From the NCBI RefSeq assembly GCF_004010195.1, contig NC_057719.1, positions 39,608,252 through 39,672,251 of the forward strand: 64,000 nt of DNA, given 5' to 3'. This document shows, piece by piece, positions 12,441-25,785 of the stretch. Source of the DNA: Chiloscyllium plagiosum. Lineage: Eukaryota. How positions within the stretch are numbered: the first letter of the stretch is position 1; each line of letters begins with the position of its first letter. The notes under the pieces are model-generated. The model had not been told where the DNA came from and ran no database searches. It saw only the letters and a list, made by a program, of their open reading frames with translations. A program made the position numbers and the translations under genes.

Positions 12441-15400
12441 CACATTCTTGCAAAAGAGGACATGTTCTTCTGTACAAATGGCAATTATGAAATTTCCATT
12501 TTAAATGCCTGAAATTTCAGTTTTGGGATCTTTCTTTATTAGATTGCAGTATGTGTAACTATCCGGTGTTAAGTATTGCATTTACGGTCCAGTTAGAATC
12601 AGAAAAGAACCAGTTCTGACTGGTTGGTCTACTGAATCATTAATTGAATTTTAAAAACAGGATTTTCCGCTTTTGGAATTCCTCTTCTCTCGTCTCTTGA
12701 TTTACCTCAAGTAAATGCTAGGTTTTTGCAGAAACAGGAATATTCTTATTTTATTAAATAATTGATTTAAATTGCTTACTATTCCAAGTTTATAAAATGA
12801 AAAGATTTAATATACAGCAAACCATTAGCATTTGAAAGTCATTAATTTGACCTTAAAGCTGGTCTCCCAAAGAACAAGAGGTGAAAGGAGTGATCGAGCA
12901 CAGAAGGAAGCCTTTGTGAAATTGAATCTTGGTTCTTGATTTGCATCTATTTATGTTTCCTAGCAACTGTTTCACTAGTCTTTGGTCACAGATAAAGAAG
13001 GCAAGAGTTAACCTGTTCATGTAGTTAACGATTAACCTAATGGATGATTATTCTTTAATGGACTCTCAAGTAATTAAATATATGTGAAATCTTTTCTGTA
13101 AGAGTAGAAAAAAAATCAAAGTTTCATACATAACTACTGATTTATTTAGTAATTTGCAACTGGTGTTTACCAAAAACTACAAAGTATTAAAAAGGTAATA
13201 CTGCATATGTTGTGAAAGAGCTATACCTTATATAAGGAGGTACACATGTCACCAATGTCAGCACAGCAAGATAGGCAGCACAGAGAAAACTATATTGTAG
13301 ATGATATTTTTATGTATCATCCATCAAAACCTAGAATTGCAAAAGCTCTGTATTGTACAGAACTTACTTTGAAAAGGAATTGCCTTTATACTAAAAACAT
13401 TTTCGGTAGGACTCTGTGAGAATTTGAACTGCGTTTTGTGCCAGTGAATCATATAATGCCGGAAACTCATAGCTTATTGCTTGATAAGTTTTGGTGTATG
13501 TAGTCTCAGTAGAGACAGTAGTCAGGTGCTACAATTAGCTCCAGTACAACAGAACAAAACAGCCATGGGTCCCACTTCAATTGCTGTCCAGTGAGCTTTA
13601 TAGCATGTCGGGAATGGACTTAGTTGTGATTTCCATGGGGAAATAATACCGAACAAATTCACATGAGGTCCAGGAGGCTCTTCCTGTTTGGAAAATTATA
13701 TCCAACATTTATCACTGCCTCAGAAAAGTAGAATTTAGGAAGGGTATCATAGAAAAAAAATGAAAAGGTATAAAAATGGTTGTTAAACAGTACCAAGGTT
13801 GAATTGCACTAATTGGATGGGATGTAACCCCCTCTGCCAGTGATGGCAATGGGGCATTTAATCAGGCAGAAGGTTGGCAGGTGGAGATCTCATTCACTTC
13901 AGCCACCAGCCCAAAAAGCACAAATAGAAAATGCTGGAAAAACTCAGCAGGACTGGCAGTATCCGCAGAGAGAAAACAGACTTAACTTTTGGGGTCTAGT
14001 GATGCTGCAAGAAGCAGTTTCTGTTTGTGTTTCTGATTTCCAGTATCCACAGTTCTCCTGTTTTTTCTCCTATCACAATGAAGTTTGTAACGGCAAGACC
14101 CCTGACAGTCCATTATCACTGCCACAGATATTAAACCAGCAGTGGGGGAAAAAGCTTGCCATGAATTGGCATATAAGCAGCAAAGCAAATAAAGTTACTT
14201 GCAGGTTTCCAGGGGATCTTGCATTCAAAGGGAGTCTGTGCCTGACTCAGCATAACAAAGTGGTGGGCCCTGCTTACAGCTCCCTCCTCCATTCACCCTG
14301 TGCTGATTCGTTGTAGTCTGGGATCCAGCAACAATACTAGCTCTTGGGTGGATGTGTACTGGCAGAGACCACTAGCTCCTTCATTGGCACTGATGTTAAA
14401 TAGAGTGCTGCCTATAGAAGCAATCTGAGGCCAACTGGCAGACAGCTCTCATTGTGGAAGATTTCCAACCTCAGGGTCCTTGACCCTAGGGCAGGCCTGC
14501 CACTGCCTAGTTAAGTGTCTTATTGCCATTGACATGGAGAATCTTGCCAACTCACCAGCTGGATAGTGGGGATAGATGGTGGTGAGACCCATTACCTCTA
14601 TTAAATACCAAGCATTAATTTCTATTGGGAAATTCTGAGCAGGCAGTGCACTGAACTGAACAAAATCATTTGAAAGTAACTAGGTGGTGATGGCTGTGAA
14701 AATGCAGCATTAGACTTCTCTGAGGTAGTGAGAAATATTTTCCATTAAAAAAACATGAAATCCACCAAGAAAAGTGCTTGGTAAATCTTATCTGATTTAT
14801 CTGGAAACATGAGACATACCAATATAAATCATGTTGAAATACACTATTATAGAATTTCATAACATTTTGCTTACTGTGCACCCTCCCAGCCTCCCACAAA
14901 TCCATTATCAAAATTAGTAATTTTTCAGTATTAAGGCAACTCTCTTTCAAATTAAGTTGTGCACAATTCAGAGCTTTTGCATTCCAAGGTTTTGATGGAT
15001 TATTCGTATGACAATCCTATATAGTTTAATCTGTGCTGTCATCCAAAACTCCATTTGAAGCCGGAAAAGAGACAGCTCCCAGTTTTTAGAACAATGTCCA
15101 AGAAATCCTAATGTTGCCTGTAAGCCTTTGTTCCCATAGCAACCAATCAGGTTTGAATAATAGTTCAGGATGAGTTTAATTTCAGTTAAGTTTTCAAAGC
15201 TTGTTAAATTGCTTCATCCCCATACTAAAAGAATTTAAAAGAGGAGTAGCACATTCATTAAAATTTATTACCAGCTAAGTTCCATTACTTCTTAGCTCGA
15301 ATAATTTAGGAAGAAATTTTAAACAAAACTCGTATTATATCAAAGTTTATTCTTGTAGTAATAAAGCCACACCTTCTTTGCAGTAGACGCTCAATCATGT

Positions 15401-15929
15401 TATCTTGAATTCAGAAATCATAGACAGACTATTTGAGAGTGACTATAACTGCATTGATTCTTAACATTTCCCTAGTTTCACAACAGGATAATTACTACAT
15501 AATATCACACACCATATAAAAATGATGCAGCATCTTTCAAAGTCCATTGCTATATGACTAAAGTAACCTAGATTCCACATTGCAAATGCGATATAAAAAA
15601 AATTATGTTACAGATTAACAGAACTTAATTGTTCAAGGAAACTAAATATCTAGTGCCAGCGGTGATGTAATTCTGGATTCTTCCGGCTGATGAGAATTTC
15701 CGGGCCTGAATCTGAAACCTTACAGTGAATTTGCCAAGTGTACCTTTTGACTTTATGGACTGACTTTTATAGGCCATACAGAGGTATGAATAGCCCACCC
15801 ACACTACTACAATTTTACAGATAGTAGAGGTGATGTTGAGTGGAGTAGCAATGTCTATCATTGGACCATTCCTCCCATCACAGTCATAACAATGTAAAAA
15901 CACTGAAATCATGTAATACTATCATACAA

Positions 15930-16191
15930 GATTAGATTAGATTAGATTACTTACAGTGTGGAAACAGGCCCTTCGGCCCAACAAGTCCACACCGACCCGC
16001 CGAAGCGCAACCCACCCAGACCCATTCCCCTACATTTACCCCTTCACCTAACACTACGGGCAATTTAACATGGCCAATTCACCTCACCTGCATATTTTTT
16101 GGACTGTGGGAGGAAACCGGAGCACCCGGAGGAAACCCACACAAACACAGGGAGAATGTGCAAACTCCACACAGTCAGTTGCCTGAGGCGG
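15930..16191 (-). mobile_element. HE1-like SINE, 5'-truncated
   Basis: (ATTAG)n tail and body present; tRNA head missing. Confidence 0.88.
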
Positions 16192-17214
16192 GAAGCAATC
16201 ACTGCTCTTAGTTTGAAATTCAATCCTCTCCTATTTGATGATGGTTCCATACTTGAAATATATTTGCTTTACTTCTGTGGTGCTTTTTCAGAATTGTTCC
16301 AGCTTCATCATTCTAAATGAATGTCAGTGGAATGTCAAAAAGCAAGGTTTAGAAGGGGCAGAAAAAGATTAAATGTTATAAAAACATGCTTTCTAAATAA
16401 GTCCAAACGACTGTAGATGCTGAAAATCCGAAATTGGGGGAGACAGAGGCATAGAGAGACAGAGAGAGAGAGAAAAATGGTGTTCACATTTTAGGTTGAT
16501 GACATCTTTCAATTTTCAGCCTGAAATATTGGGAAGGAATTTCCCACCAGAGGCAAGAAACAGAAGATGGGACTGTTTCTGTGTTCTGAACTCCCTCCTC
16601 CAGTGAGATATGGGTTGAGGTCAAGATTTTCATGTGATTATCTCTTAATTGGCCTGCAGTGTGGCCCACAGGCTCTCTGAGTTGGAGGACCGGGGACCTT
16701 ACAGCTTCAAAGGAACAGCCAGCTGCAAGGTGTGGAATTGGGTGGATTTATCCAACATAAAAGGTGTGTTCAGCCACTTTTTAAAAGTGAATAAAAAAAT
16801 ACAAAAAGCTGCCAACCCAGCATTGTGTATCCTCATCTTGGAAAACAGACGGCATTGGCACCTGTCTGCCACTGGGTACCCACCTTGATCTGTACGTGTG
16901 TCAGGACACTGGAAATTGACTGAAAATCAAAACCAAATCATCTTCTGTAATCCCTGCTCAACAAGCTTCCAAATGAGACTGAAGGCCTGTATGCCTTGAG
17001 AAGGAATTGACATTCCCACGTCACTCAAAATGGCTAGTGTCCAGAACAGAGCAAGGAATCTGGCATTCCCAGCAGTCTCACTGTTTGGGCCCTTGCTTCC
17101 TTTATCGCCAACATTGTAAGGCTCAAAAAATTCAGCCCATCAATTCTGTTTTTCTCTCCACAGATGCTGAGTATCTTGAATATTTTCTGTTTTCACACAT
17201 CCTCTCTATTCTTA

Positions 17215-17900
17215 TAGAGTCATAGATTCATGCAGCATGGAAACAGACACTTTGGTCCATGCCGAATATAATCCCAATCTAAACTAGTCCCACCTGCCTG
17301 CTCCTGGCCCATATCCCAAATCTTATCGTTTAAAGGTTACAATTGTATCTGCATCCACCACTTCCTCTGGAAGTTCATTCCATACATGAACCACCCTCTG
17401 TGTAAGAAATTTGCCCCTCATGTCTTTTTTAAAATCTTTCTCCTCTCACTTTAAAAATGTGCCCCCTAGTCTTGAAATCTCCCATCCTAGGGAAAAGACA
17501 ACTGCTATTAACTCTATCTATACAGCTCATCGTTTTATATAAGGTTACCTCTCAATCCCCCACACTCCAGTGGAAAAGTCTCAGCCTATCCAACCTTTCT
17601 TTATAACTCAAACCTTCCATACAACCCTCTCCAGCTTAATAATATCCTTCCTATAACTGGGCAACCAGAACTGCACACAATATTCCAGAATGTATGACCT
17701 CACCATGACTTCCCAACTCCTATACTCAAAGGAATGAGTAATGAAGACAACCATGCTAAATGTCTTTTTGACCACCCTCTCTGACAAAAATAAACCTCAA
17801 AACATTATGTACCTGCACCCCTAGGTCCCCCTCTTCTACAACACTATCCAAGTAATTGTGTAAACCCTACCCTTGTTTGTTGTATCAAAATGCAATATTT
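17215..17900 (-). mobile_element. CR1 LINE 3' fragment
   Basis: Recurrent CR1 RT C-terminal and 3' UTR sequence. Confidence 0.78.
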
Positions 17901-20409
17901 TTTCCTCAATCTTTTTCTTCTTTTGTGAAGCAGTTCTGATTGCTCTTAAAAGAAGATTTGCACTGCTTGCTTCAGTTACTTTTCCTATTGTTTATTTAAT
18001 TTTCCTTTTCTTTAAATCAAAACCATTAGCAAGGTCATTTTAATATCTCTCTTCCAAAGAGGGTAACTTTAATTTGCTTAGTTTTTCATCATAACAAAGT
18101 GCAGATAGGTGAAATCATTTTCAGTGATTACCTGTACAGCAATAATGTCCTTCCTATAAGGAGTTGAACAGAATTTAAGTTCTATTTTAATTAAAGCTAT
18201 CATTCTGCTATTAGAATCTGAAAATTCCAATTTGCTTTGCTTCTAAACTACGGTTATCTAAGTGCTGTCTGTTCCAATGGAGAATCTATAGATGTTCTTT
18301 GATTATTAGACTACGACTGTTTCATTCAAATGCATACCATGTTTTTGCTCCTCTTAAAATTAAATCATATTAGATATTCCTGTTTATCAAAGGTCAAGAC
18401 TAGCATTACTACAATAAAACAATAATCCATAATCGTATTTCACAAACAAACTTCATGTCAGTTTGATTAATTTGCTCCTTCTACCAAGCTTTCTGAATTT
18501 ATAAAAAGGCACCAAAGTTTCAGTATTTTAGTTCCCTTATCCTTGAAATCTAATTTGCGTATGTTGTCTGTAGCACAACCCTTGCAATCTTAAATATCCT
18601 TTAATAATTGTGCATTGGGTAAATCCTCTTCTATTCTGAAAGTGTAATATCGTTAGATCACTGACCTTCCTCCGTAAGTATGAAAGAGAGCCAGATTCCA
18701 AGATCCCAGAATTAATTTTTAAGTGGACTATACATTCCTTCATCAGTACATATACTTTAAAAGTTCTTTATTATGCTCAGCAATTTTAAATTCAATGTGT
18801 TTCCTGATTGTAAAAAAAGTGAAAACAAATTTTTTTCTGTTAAAATTTACCCAATCCTACTTAGCTAATGTACAAAGTGTCTTTTATTTATTTTCATGCA
18901 TTTTAACTTTTTGGTGCATTATAAACTACAATATTATATGTGCATTTCATGTACTCACAATGTGGTCTCTACAGGACAACTTCCAACAAACCTTTTTTTA
19001 AAGCCAGCAACATGACAATTTTTTTTGTTTGGAAAAGGAAGAGGTAACAATTTCTATAGAAATGTTAATCAACCAGTTCACATGTGTTATAACATTACTG
19101 TGGAACAATTCAGAATGGAACCCAGACCCACTGACTTAGAGGTGGAAATACAATTCCTGCAACCCAAGAGCCCAGCAGCTTTGGTATGTTGCCACCCAGA
19201 TCGTTGAATCTGCAATCTTTAATTAAGCAAATAACCAGCTAAGCTCCTTGAGGGATTAACTAATGGGCACTCTCCCAAATTCAATTACATTTTCTTACTG
19301 GTGCATTGAGTAGACCTCAAATCAGGAGCTTATCTGTTAAATAATGTTATGAAGAATAATGTTTCTAGATTTCTGTCTCCTTCCTCTCTTGAACTGAAAG
19401 ATTATGTTTGCTTCTTTCCAGTCCAATGGAACCTTTTCTGAATTGAAGGAATTTTAGAAAATTAACACCAATGCATCAACCCCCTCATTAGCCACCATAC
19501 TTCAGAAACTGGAATAAAGTCCATCTGGATCTGGAGACCCTTGATTGTTCCTCTCTCCTTTCTACCTCCTGTTATATAGCAATGACTGGAATATTTTTTG
19601 AATCTCCATAGTGAAATCAGAAGCAAAACACTTAATTTATTTTATCTGCCATTTCCTTATTATCTACTGTTAACATCTCAGTTTTATTCAATAGAGGACT
19701 GACTGTACTCTTTTGCTTTTTAAATGCCTGTAGCTGCCATTGTGACTTCCTACTTCAGTATTTCCAATCTCTGCTTTGCATTTGCTAGTTCATTTGTACT
19801 GGGCAGCCTTGTATCAGCCCTCCAAGCTCAGAAGCCTGGGCATTACCTAATGTGGATAGTGAATGCACTATCTTCCTAAAAACTGTGTCATGCTTCAGGT
19901 GTCCTACATGGCTGGGACCAGGATATATTCCTCATGGTGGGATCCTGAATCTAAACTCTTGGCCCATTGTTTCCAAAACTGAAGAAGTGTTTTACAATAT
20001 GATACTTGAAATTTGCAATCTTTAATTAGCATTTTAAAAGATGACAGTCACTGTTAGCATTGCTTGCATGCACTGTAGATCAAATCCATCAAGCTCATTA
20101 TTTAGTCTCATGTTAATCTATCCAGATTTCCCTGATTCACAACATTGTTGTACAATTTTCCATAACGTTTGCAAGAGCAGTATCATTGCATTAAAAAGAG
20201 CATATGCCCTCAGGCAGAGGTTAGGGTCAAGGGATTTCTTTCTTGAATGCTCAAAGCTTCGGCTTGAATGCAATATAGGTCATTGCCTCAACATTTTAAA
20301 TTCTTATGCTTACATTTAAATTCCTTCCTGGCCTAATTCATTCTGTGAGAATTTGGTGGCTAAAGCATAACTGTTTTGAGCACCTTTGCTCTAAGATCAA
20401 TTAGAAATG

Positions 20410-21335
20410 AGGTGCGGACTGATGATTTGCAGTGATCCATACTATTTGCAACTTCTCAGGTACTAAAGCAATCCATTACTGCACGCAACAAGACCTGAAT
20501 AACAATCTGGCTTGGACTGTGAAGTAGCAAATAATATGTGCCACAGAAATGCCTGGCAATGACAACCTCCAATATAGAGAATTTAAGCATCTTCCTTTGT
20601 AATCCAATTCCATTATTTTAAGCATATCCTCCAATAAACTCCTGCAAGTTATCTTTGACCAGAAACTTAATGGACCAATTCTTTAAGAAATGCACCAATA
20701 TAATTGAATACATATTTGGGAATCCATTAGATAAATAACTGTTTTATAAGTTTTGATATTACACTTTGATAGCAATATACTGTGTTTACAAGAATAGGTC
20801 AGAGGTCAGGAATTCTACAATGACGAACTCACCTTCTGACTCCCCAAAAGCCAGGCATAAGTCAGGAGTGTGATGGAATGCTGTCTACTTGCCTGAATGT
20901 GCACAGCTCCAAAATCACTCAAGAGAATCAATACTATCCAAGACAAAACAGCTGCTTAAGTGACATCCTATCCACCTCATTAAATGTTACCTTGCACTAA
21001 CACTTTAAATATTAACTTGCAGTGAAAGTGGGTACTACCTACAAAGAGGCATTGCAGATCTCATTAAGTCTCCTTTAGCAGCACCTTCCAACTGGTTTCT
21101 TTATCATGTAGAAGAACAAAGGGTACAGAAACATCTTTGTAAATTCCTTTCCAAATCACACATCATCCTGACTGCCCACTTCAGTGTTCCTTCACTGCCA
21201 ATGCCTCAAAATCCTGAAACTAATAACTTAGACTGTAGTGGTTCAAACTGGATCACCACCACACTCGAGGATAATTAATGATGGGTGACCTAGACAGTGG
21301 AGCTTATATCCTGTAAACTAATGCAAACAAATAAA
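20410..21335 (+). mobile_element. Degenerate 3' part of the second LINE family
   Basis: Homologous to 11500-11790 and 31100-32600; ends in the shared 3' tail. Confidence 0.65.
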
Positions 21336-21859
21336 AAACTTCAATCCTTCAATCCAATCCAATCCAAACTTTAATTATATACAGCTTATCCTTCGGTGAT
21401 TACGTGGGAACCAAATCATTTAATTCTCTAAATTGTTAGATGTGGCATCATCTCCACGTGACTGTCCCACAGGTGCAGTAGCAACTGATGCTCAGAATTT
21501 AGAACCTAATTTAATATCAAAGATCCCTTGATACACTGCACACATCTGCTCAATAGTTTCTTGGTGGTATTATCTTAACTTCTATTATGAATCTCAAACT
21601 AATTGAAACAGATGGGCAAACAGTCCGTCTGAGTCACTGTAAGCTCAGTACAAAATACAAAGCATTTCCTCTGTGCACTGTCATGACAACAGTATTCATG
21701 CTAAAGACATCATAATCAGATCTTCTTCCCCCTTTTGTGATAAAGCAATGTTACAAACACAGTTAGGAGGCATTTTTAAACCTAATGTCCCTGTTAAGAC
21801 TGGGCAGGCAGGCAGTTAATAATCACCAAATAAATGTATTGGTTCTGAAGTCTCCAAAT

Positions 21860-22418
21860 TCCAAGGCAGGGGAATGTGCCAGGAGGGGAGGGTGGGTTGT
21901 TGGGACCTGACCAGATAGTCATGGAGGGAACGGTCTTTGCGGAAAGCGGATAGGGGTGGGGAAGGAAATATATCCCAGGTGGTGGGGTCTGTTTGTAGGT
22001 GGCAGAAATGTCAGTGGATGATGCAGTTTATGTGGAGGTTGGTGAGGTGGAAGGTGAGGACCAGGGAGTTCTGTCCTTGTTGCTGTTGGAGGGGTGGGGT
22101 TTGAGGACGGAGGTGTGACACATGAATGAGATGCGTTAGAGGGCATCATCAACCATGTGGGAGTGGAAATTACAGTCCCCTGCCACTGCAGGAATTGCAA
22201 AGCCTACACCCATGCCATCCCCCCCAACCTCCAAAGGAGCCATCTATATCCAAAGTTTCACCTGCACTTCCACAAATGTCATTTATTGTATCCATTGCTC
22301 CCGATGCTGTCTCCTTTACATTGGAGAGACTGGACGCCTTCTAGCAAAGCATTTCAGGGAATATCTCCAGGACACCCGCACCAATCAACCCCACAACTCC
22401 ATGGCTGAAAATTTCAAT
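21860..22418. mobile_element. Penelope-like element: inverted 5' segment (~21860-22175) joined to a plus-strand GIY-YIG segment
   Basis: SFTCTSTNVIYCIHCSRCCLLYIGETGR..FREY is a PLE-type GIY-YIG endonuclease; the upstream part is the reverse complement of PLE ORF sequence (compare 37416-37510). Confidence 0.85.
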
Positions 22419-22807
22419 TAGGGTAACTAGGGAGAGAATAGGGCCACTCAAAGATCAGCAAGGCAGCCTTTGTGTGGAGCCACTAAAAATGGGGGAGATA
22501 CTAAATGAATACTTGCATCAGTATTTACTGTGGAAAAGGATATGGAAGATATAGACTGTAAGGAAATAGATGGTGACATCTTGCAAAATGTCCAGATTAC
22601 AGAGGAGGAAGTGCTGGAAGTCTTGAAACGGTTAAATGTGGATAAATCCCCAGGACCTGATCAGGTGTACCTGAGACCTCTGTGGGAAGCTAGAGAAGTG
22701 ATTGCTGGGCCTCTTGCTGAGATATTTGTATCATCGATAGTCACAGGTGAGGTGCCGGAAGACTGGAGGTTGGCAAACGTGGTGCCACTGTTTAAGAAGG
22801 GTGGTAA
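22419..22807 (+). mobile_element. Young CR1 LINE ORF2 segment running into a gap
   Basis: Open frame ...VDKSPGPDQVYLRPLWEAREVIAGPLAEIF..GEVPEDWRLANVVPLFKKG. Confidence 0.9.
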
Positions 22808-23732
22808 NNNNNNNNNNNNNNNNNNNNNNNNNNNNNNNNNNNNNNNNNNNNNNNNNNNNNNNNNNNNNNNNNNNNNNNNNNNNNNNNNNNNNNNNNNNNN
22901 NNNNNNNNNNNNNNNNNNNNNNNNNNNNNNNNNNNNNNNNNNNNNNNNNNNNNNNNNNNNNNNNNNNNNNNNNNNNNNNNNNNNNNNNNNNNNNNNNNNN
23001 NNNNNNNNNNNNNNNNNNNNNNNNNNNNNNNNNNNNNNNNNNNNNNNNNNNNNNNNNNNNNNNNNNNNNNNNNNNNNNNNNNNNNNNNNNNNNNNNNNNN
23101 NNNNNNNNNNNNNNNNNNNNNNNNNNNNNNNNNNNNNNNNNNNNNNNNNNNNNNNNNNNNNNNNNNNNNNNNNNNNNNNNNNNNNNNNNNNNNNNNNNNN
23201 NNNNNNNNNNNNNNNNNNNNNNNNNNNNNNNNNNNNNNNNNNNNNNNNNNNNNNNNNNNNNNNNNNNNNNNNNNNNNNNNNNNNNNNNNNNNNNNNNNNN
23301 NNNNNNNNNNNNNNNNNNNNNNNNNNNNNNNNNNNNNNNNNNNNNNNNNNNNNNNNNNNNNNNNNNNNNNNNNNNNNNNNNNNNNNNNNNNNNNNNNNNN
23401 NNNNNNNNNNNNNNNNNNNNNNNNNNNNNNNNNNNNNNNNNNNNNNNNNNNNNNNNNNNNNNNNNNNNNNNNNNNNNNNNNNNNNNNNNNNNNNNNNNNN
23501 NNNNNNNNNNNNNNNNNNNNNNNNNNNNNNNNNNNNNNNNNNNNNNNNNNNNNNNNNNNNNNNNNNNNNNNNNNNNNNNNNNNNNNNNNNNNNNNNNNNN
23601 NNNNNNNNNNNNNNNNNNNNNNNNNNNNNNNNNNNNNNNNNNNNNNNNNNNNNNNNNNNNNNNNNNNNNNNNNNNNNNNNNNNNNNNNNNNNNNNNNNNN
23701 NNNNNNNNNNNNNNNNNNNNNNNNNNNNNNNN
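22808..23732. other. Assembly gap (N run)
   Basis: Run of N. Confidence 1.
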
Positions 23733-24422
23733 CCCCCTCACTTCCATCCAAGGCCCCAAAGGAGCCTTACTTATCCATCAAAGTTTCACCTGCATTTCCA
23801 CCAATGGCATTTATTGCATCCATTGCTCCCGATGCGGTCTCCTTTACATTGGGGAGATTGGACACCTTCTTGCAGAGCACTTCAGGGAACATTTCCGGGA
23901 CACCCACACCAATCAAACCTACCGCCCCGTGGCTGAACACTTCAACTCCACCTCCCACTCTGCTGAGGACATGCAGGTCCTGGGCCTCCTCCACCACCAA
24001 CCCCTCACCACCCAAGGAACAATAACTCATCTTCCAAGTTGGAACCCTTCAACCCTAGGGCATCAAAGCAGACTTCACTAGTTTCCTCATTTACCCACCC
24101 CCACCTGACCCCAGTTCCAAACTTCCAGCTTAGCACCATCCTCATGGCCTGTCCCACCTGTCAATCTTCCTTCCCACCTATCTGCTCCACCCTCCTCTCC
24201 GACCTACCACCATCCTCCATCCACCTGTTGCACTTTCAACTACCTTCTCCCCAGCCCCAGTTTATCTCTCCACCCGAGCTTCCAGCCTCATTCCTGATGA
24301 AGGACTCCTGCCCAAAACATTGATTCTCCTGCTCCTCGGATGCTGCCCGACCTGCTGTGCTTTTCCAGCTCCACTCTAATCTTGTCTCTAATCTCCAGCA
24401 TCTGCAGTCCTCACTTTCGCCT
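23733..24422 (+). mobile_element. Penelope-like element 3' part (GIY-YIG, 3' UTR, degenerate hammerhead, terminus)
   Basis: FTCISTNGIYCIHCSRCGLLYIGEIG..FREH..VAEHFN; ends ...CAGCATCTGCAGTCCTCACTTT. Confidence 0.9.
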
Positions 24423-25261
24423 AGCAAGGATACTTGATTGATCCTCATCACGTATACATGCTAGGGCTTAACAGGCTATTCCAATAAAATAAAATTGGCC
24501 CAGAAAATCTCAAAAGGATTGATGTTTTTCTTCCTTTTGAGGAGCAAAGAATGCTCATTTAGGATCTACATGGTCAGGCATCAGTTACCCCAGACTCCTC
24601 CTGCCACCTCAGAGAGCAAAGCCTTGAATAAAATGCTTTGATTTCTGCTACATGGCTCACATGGCTGCCTTAATTCCTGCTGACTTCTGCCTCAAAAAGG
24701 TGGGAGTGAATTGGTGTCAATATTATTCTGGTCCATGATGTAAAACAGCCTCGGCCTGACTTCTGCAATGCAGCAAGTTTCACTCCATCACACATCCATC
24801 CAGAGTCGACATGCACAGCCCTTGACTGCTTCTACCATTTAATAAAATCATAGTTGATCTGATAGGAATCTGAATATGAGGTTACAATCTTTCCTGTACA
24901 GGGCAAAATCTGGGCTATGTATCCTACATGAATCATAAGTTATTAGAAAATTTACAAAAGTATGTGCTACCGAGAGCATGGTGCAAATGATATAATGCAT
25001 TCTCATTTTAAATGGAAAATGAAAATAAAATTCCAATATAATGAAAAGTAAAATACTGGAAATCTGAAAAGAAAAAATGCTGGAAATACTGTGCAGGTCT
25101 GACAGCATCCAGAGTGGGTTAAATATGACTTTTATTCAAAATTGAAGGGATGAGAAATGTGGGAGATGTTGAAAGAAGAAAGGGATTGGAATAAAAGAGA
25201 TGGTCTAGAGGAGGGTTAAGAGAGATTAAGTAACAAATATGGACAAAGGTTGTATTAAAGA

Positions 25262-25785
25262 GAGGCAATGGCCTAGTGGTATTATCGCTAGACTGTCAAT
25301 CCAGAAGGAGAAAGTGAGGTCTGCAGATGCTGGAGATCAAAGTTGAAACTTTATTGCTGGAACAGCACAGCAGGTCAGGCAGCATCCAGGAATGGCCTGT
25401 GGAAGGAAGGGCCTGTGCCCGAAACGTCGAATCTCCTGTTCCCTGGATGCTGCCTGACCTGCTGTGCTGTTCCAGCAATAAAGTTTCAACTGTCAATCCA
25501 GAAACCCAGTTTCAAATCCTACCATGGCAGTTGGAGTTTGAATTCAGTAAACATCTGGAATTAGAATCTAATGATGGTCATGAGTCAATTGTCAGAAAAC
25601 CTCATCTGGTTCACTAATGTTGTTCAGGGAGAGAAACTGCCACCCTTACCTGGTCTGACCTACATGTAACTCTAAACCCACAGCAATGTGGTTGACTCTT
25701 AAGTGCCCTCTGGTCAATTAAAGATGGGCAATAACTACTGGCCTAGCCAGCAATGCCCTCATCCTGTGAGTAAATCAACAACAAA
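25262..25785 (+). mobile_element. tRNA-derived SINE, second family, interrupted by a PLE hairpin element
   Basis: A-box-like TGGCCTAGTGG, B-box-like GTTTCAAATCC, body CTGGTTCACTAATG...; 3' tail shared with the second LINE family. Confidence 0.75.
25307..25488. mobile_element. Hairpin Penelope-terminus element with 15-bp TSD
   Basis: TSD ACTGTCAATCCAGAA at 25292-25306 and 25489-25503; ~50-bp near-perfect inverted arms. Confidence 0.88.

Noticed and set aside
13800..17140. GC-richer patches (13.8-14.6 kb, 16.5-17.1 kb; also 45.1-45.6 kb) and the 158-aa ORF at 13840
   Set aside because: Probably old non-autonomous DNA-transposon remnants; too decayed to define TIRs or a family, and the ORF has no recognisable domain.
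22530..24081. Long ORFs of 319-468 aa in the ORF track
   Set aside because: Artefacts of translating through the N gap; they fuse CR1 and Penelope fragments.
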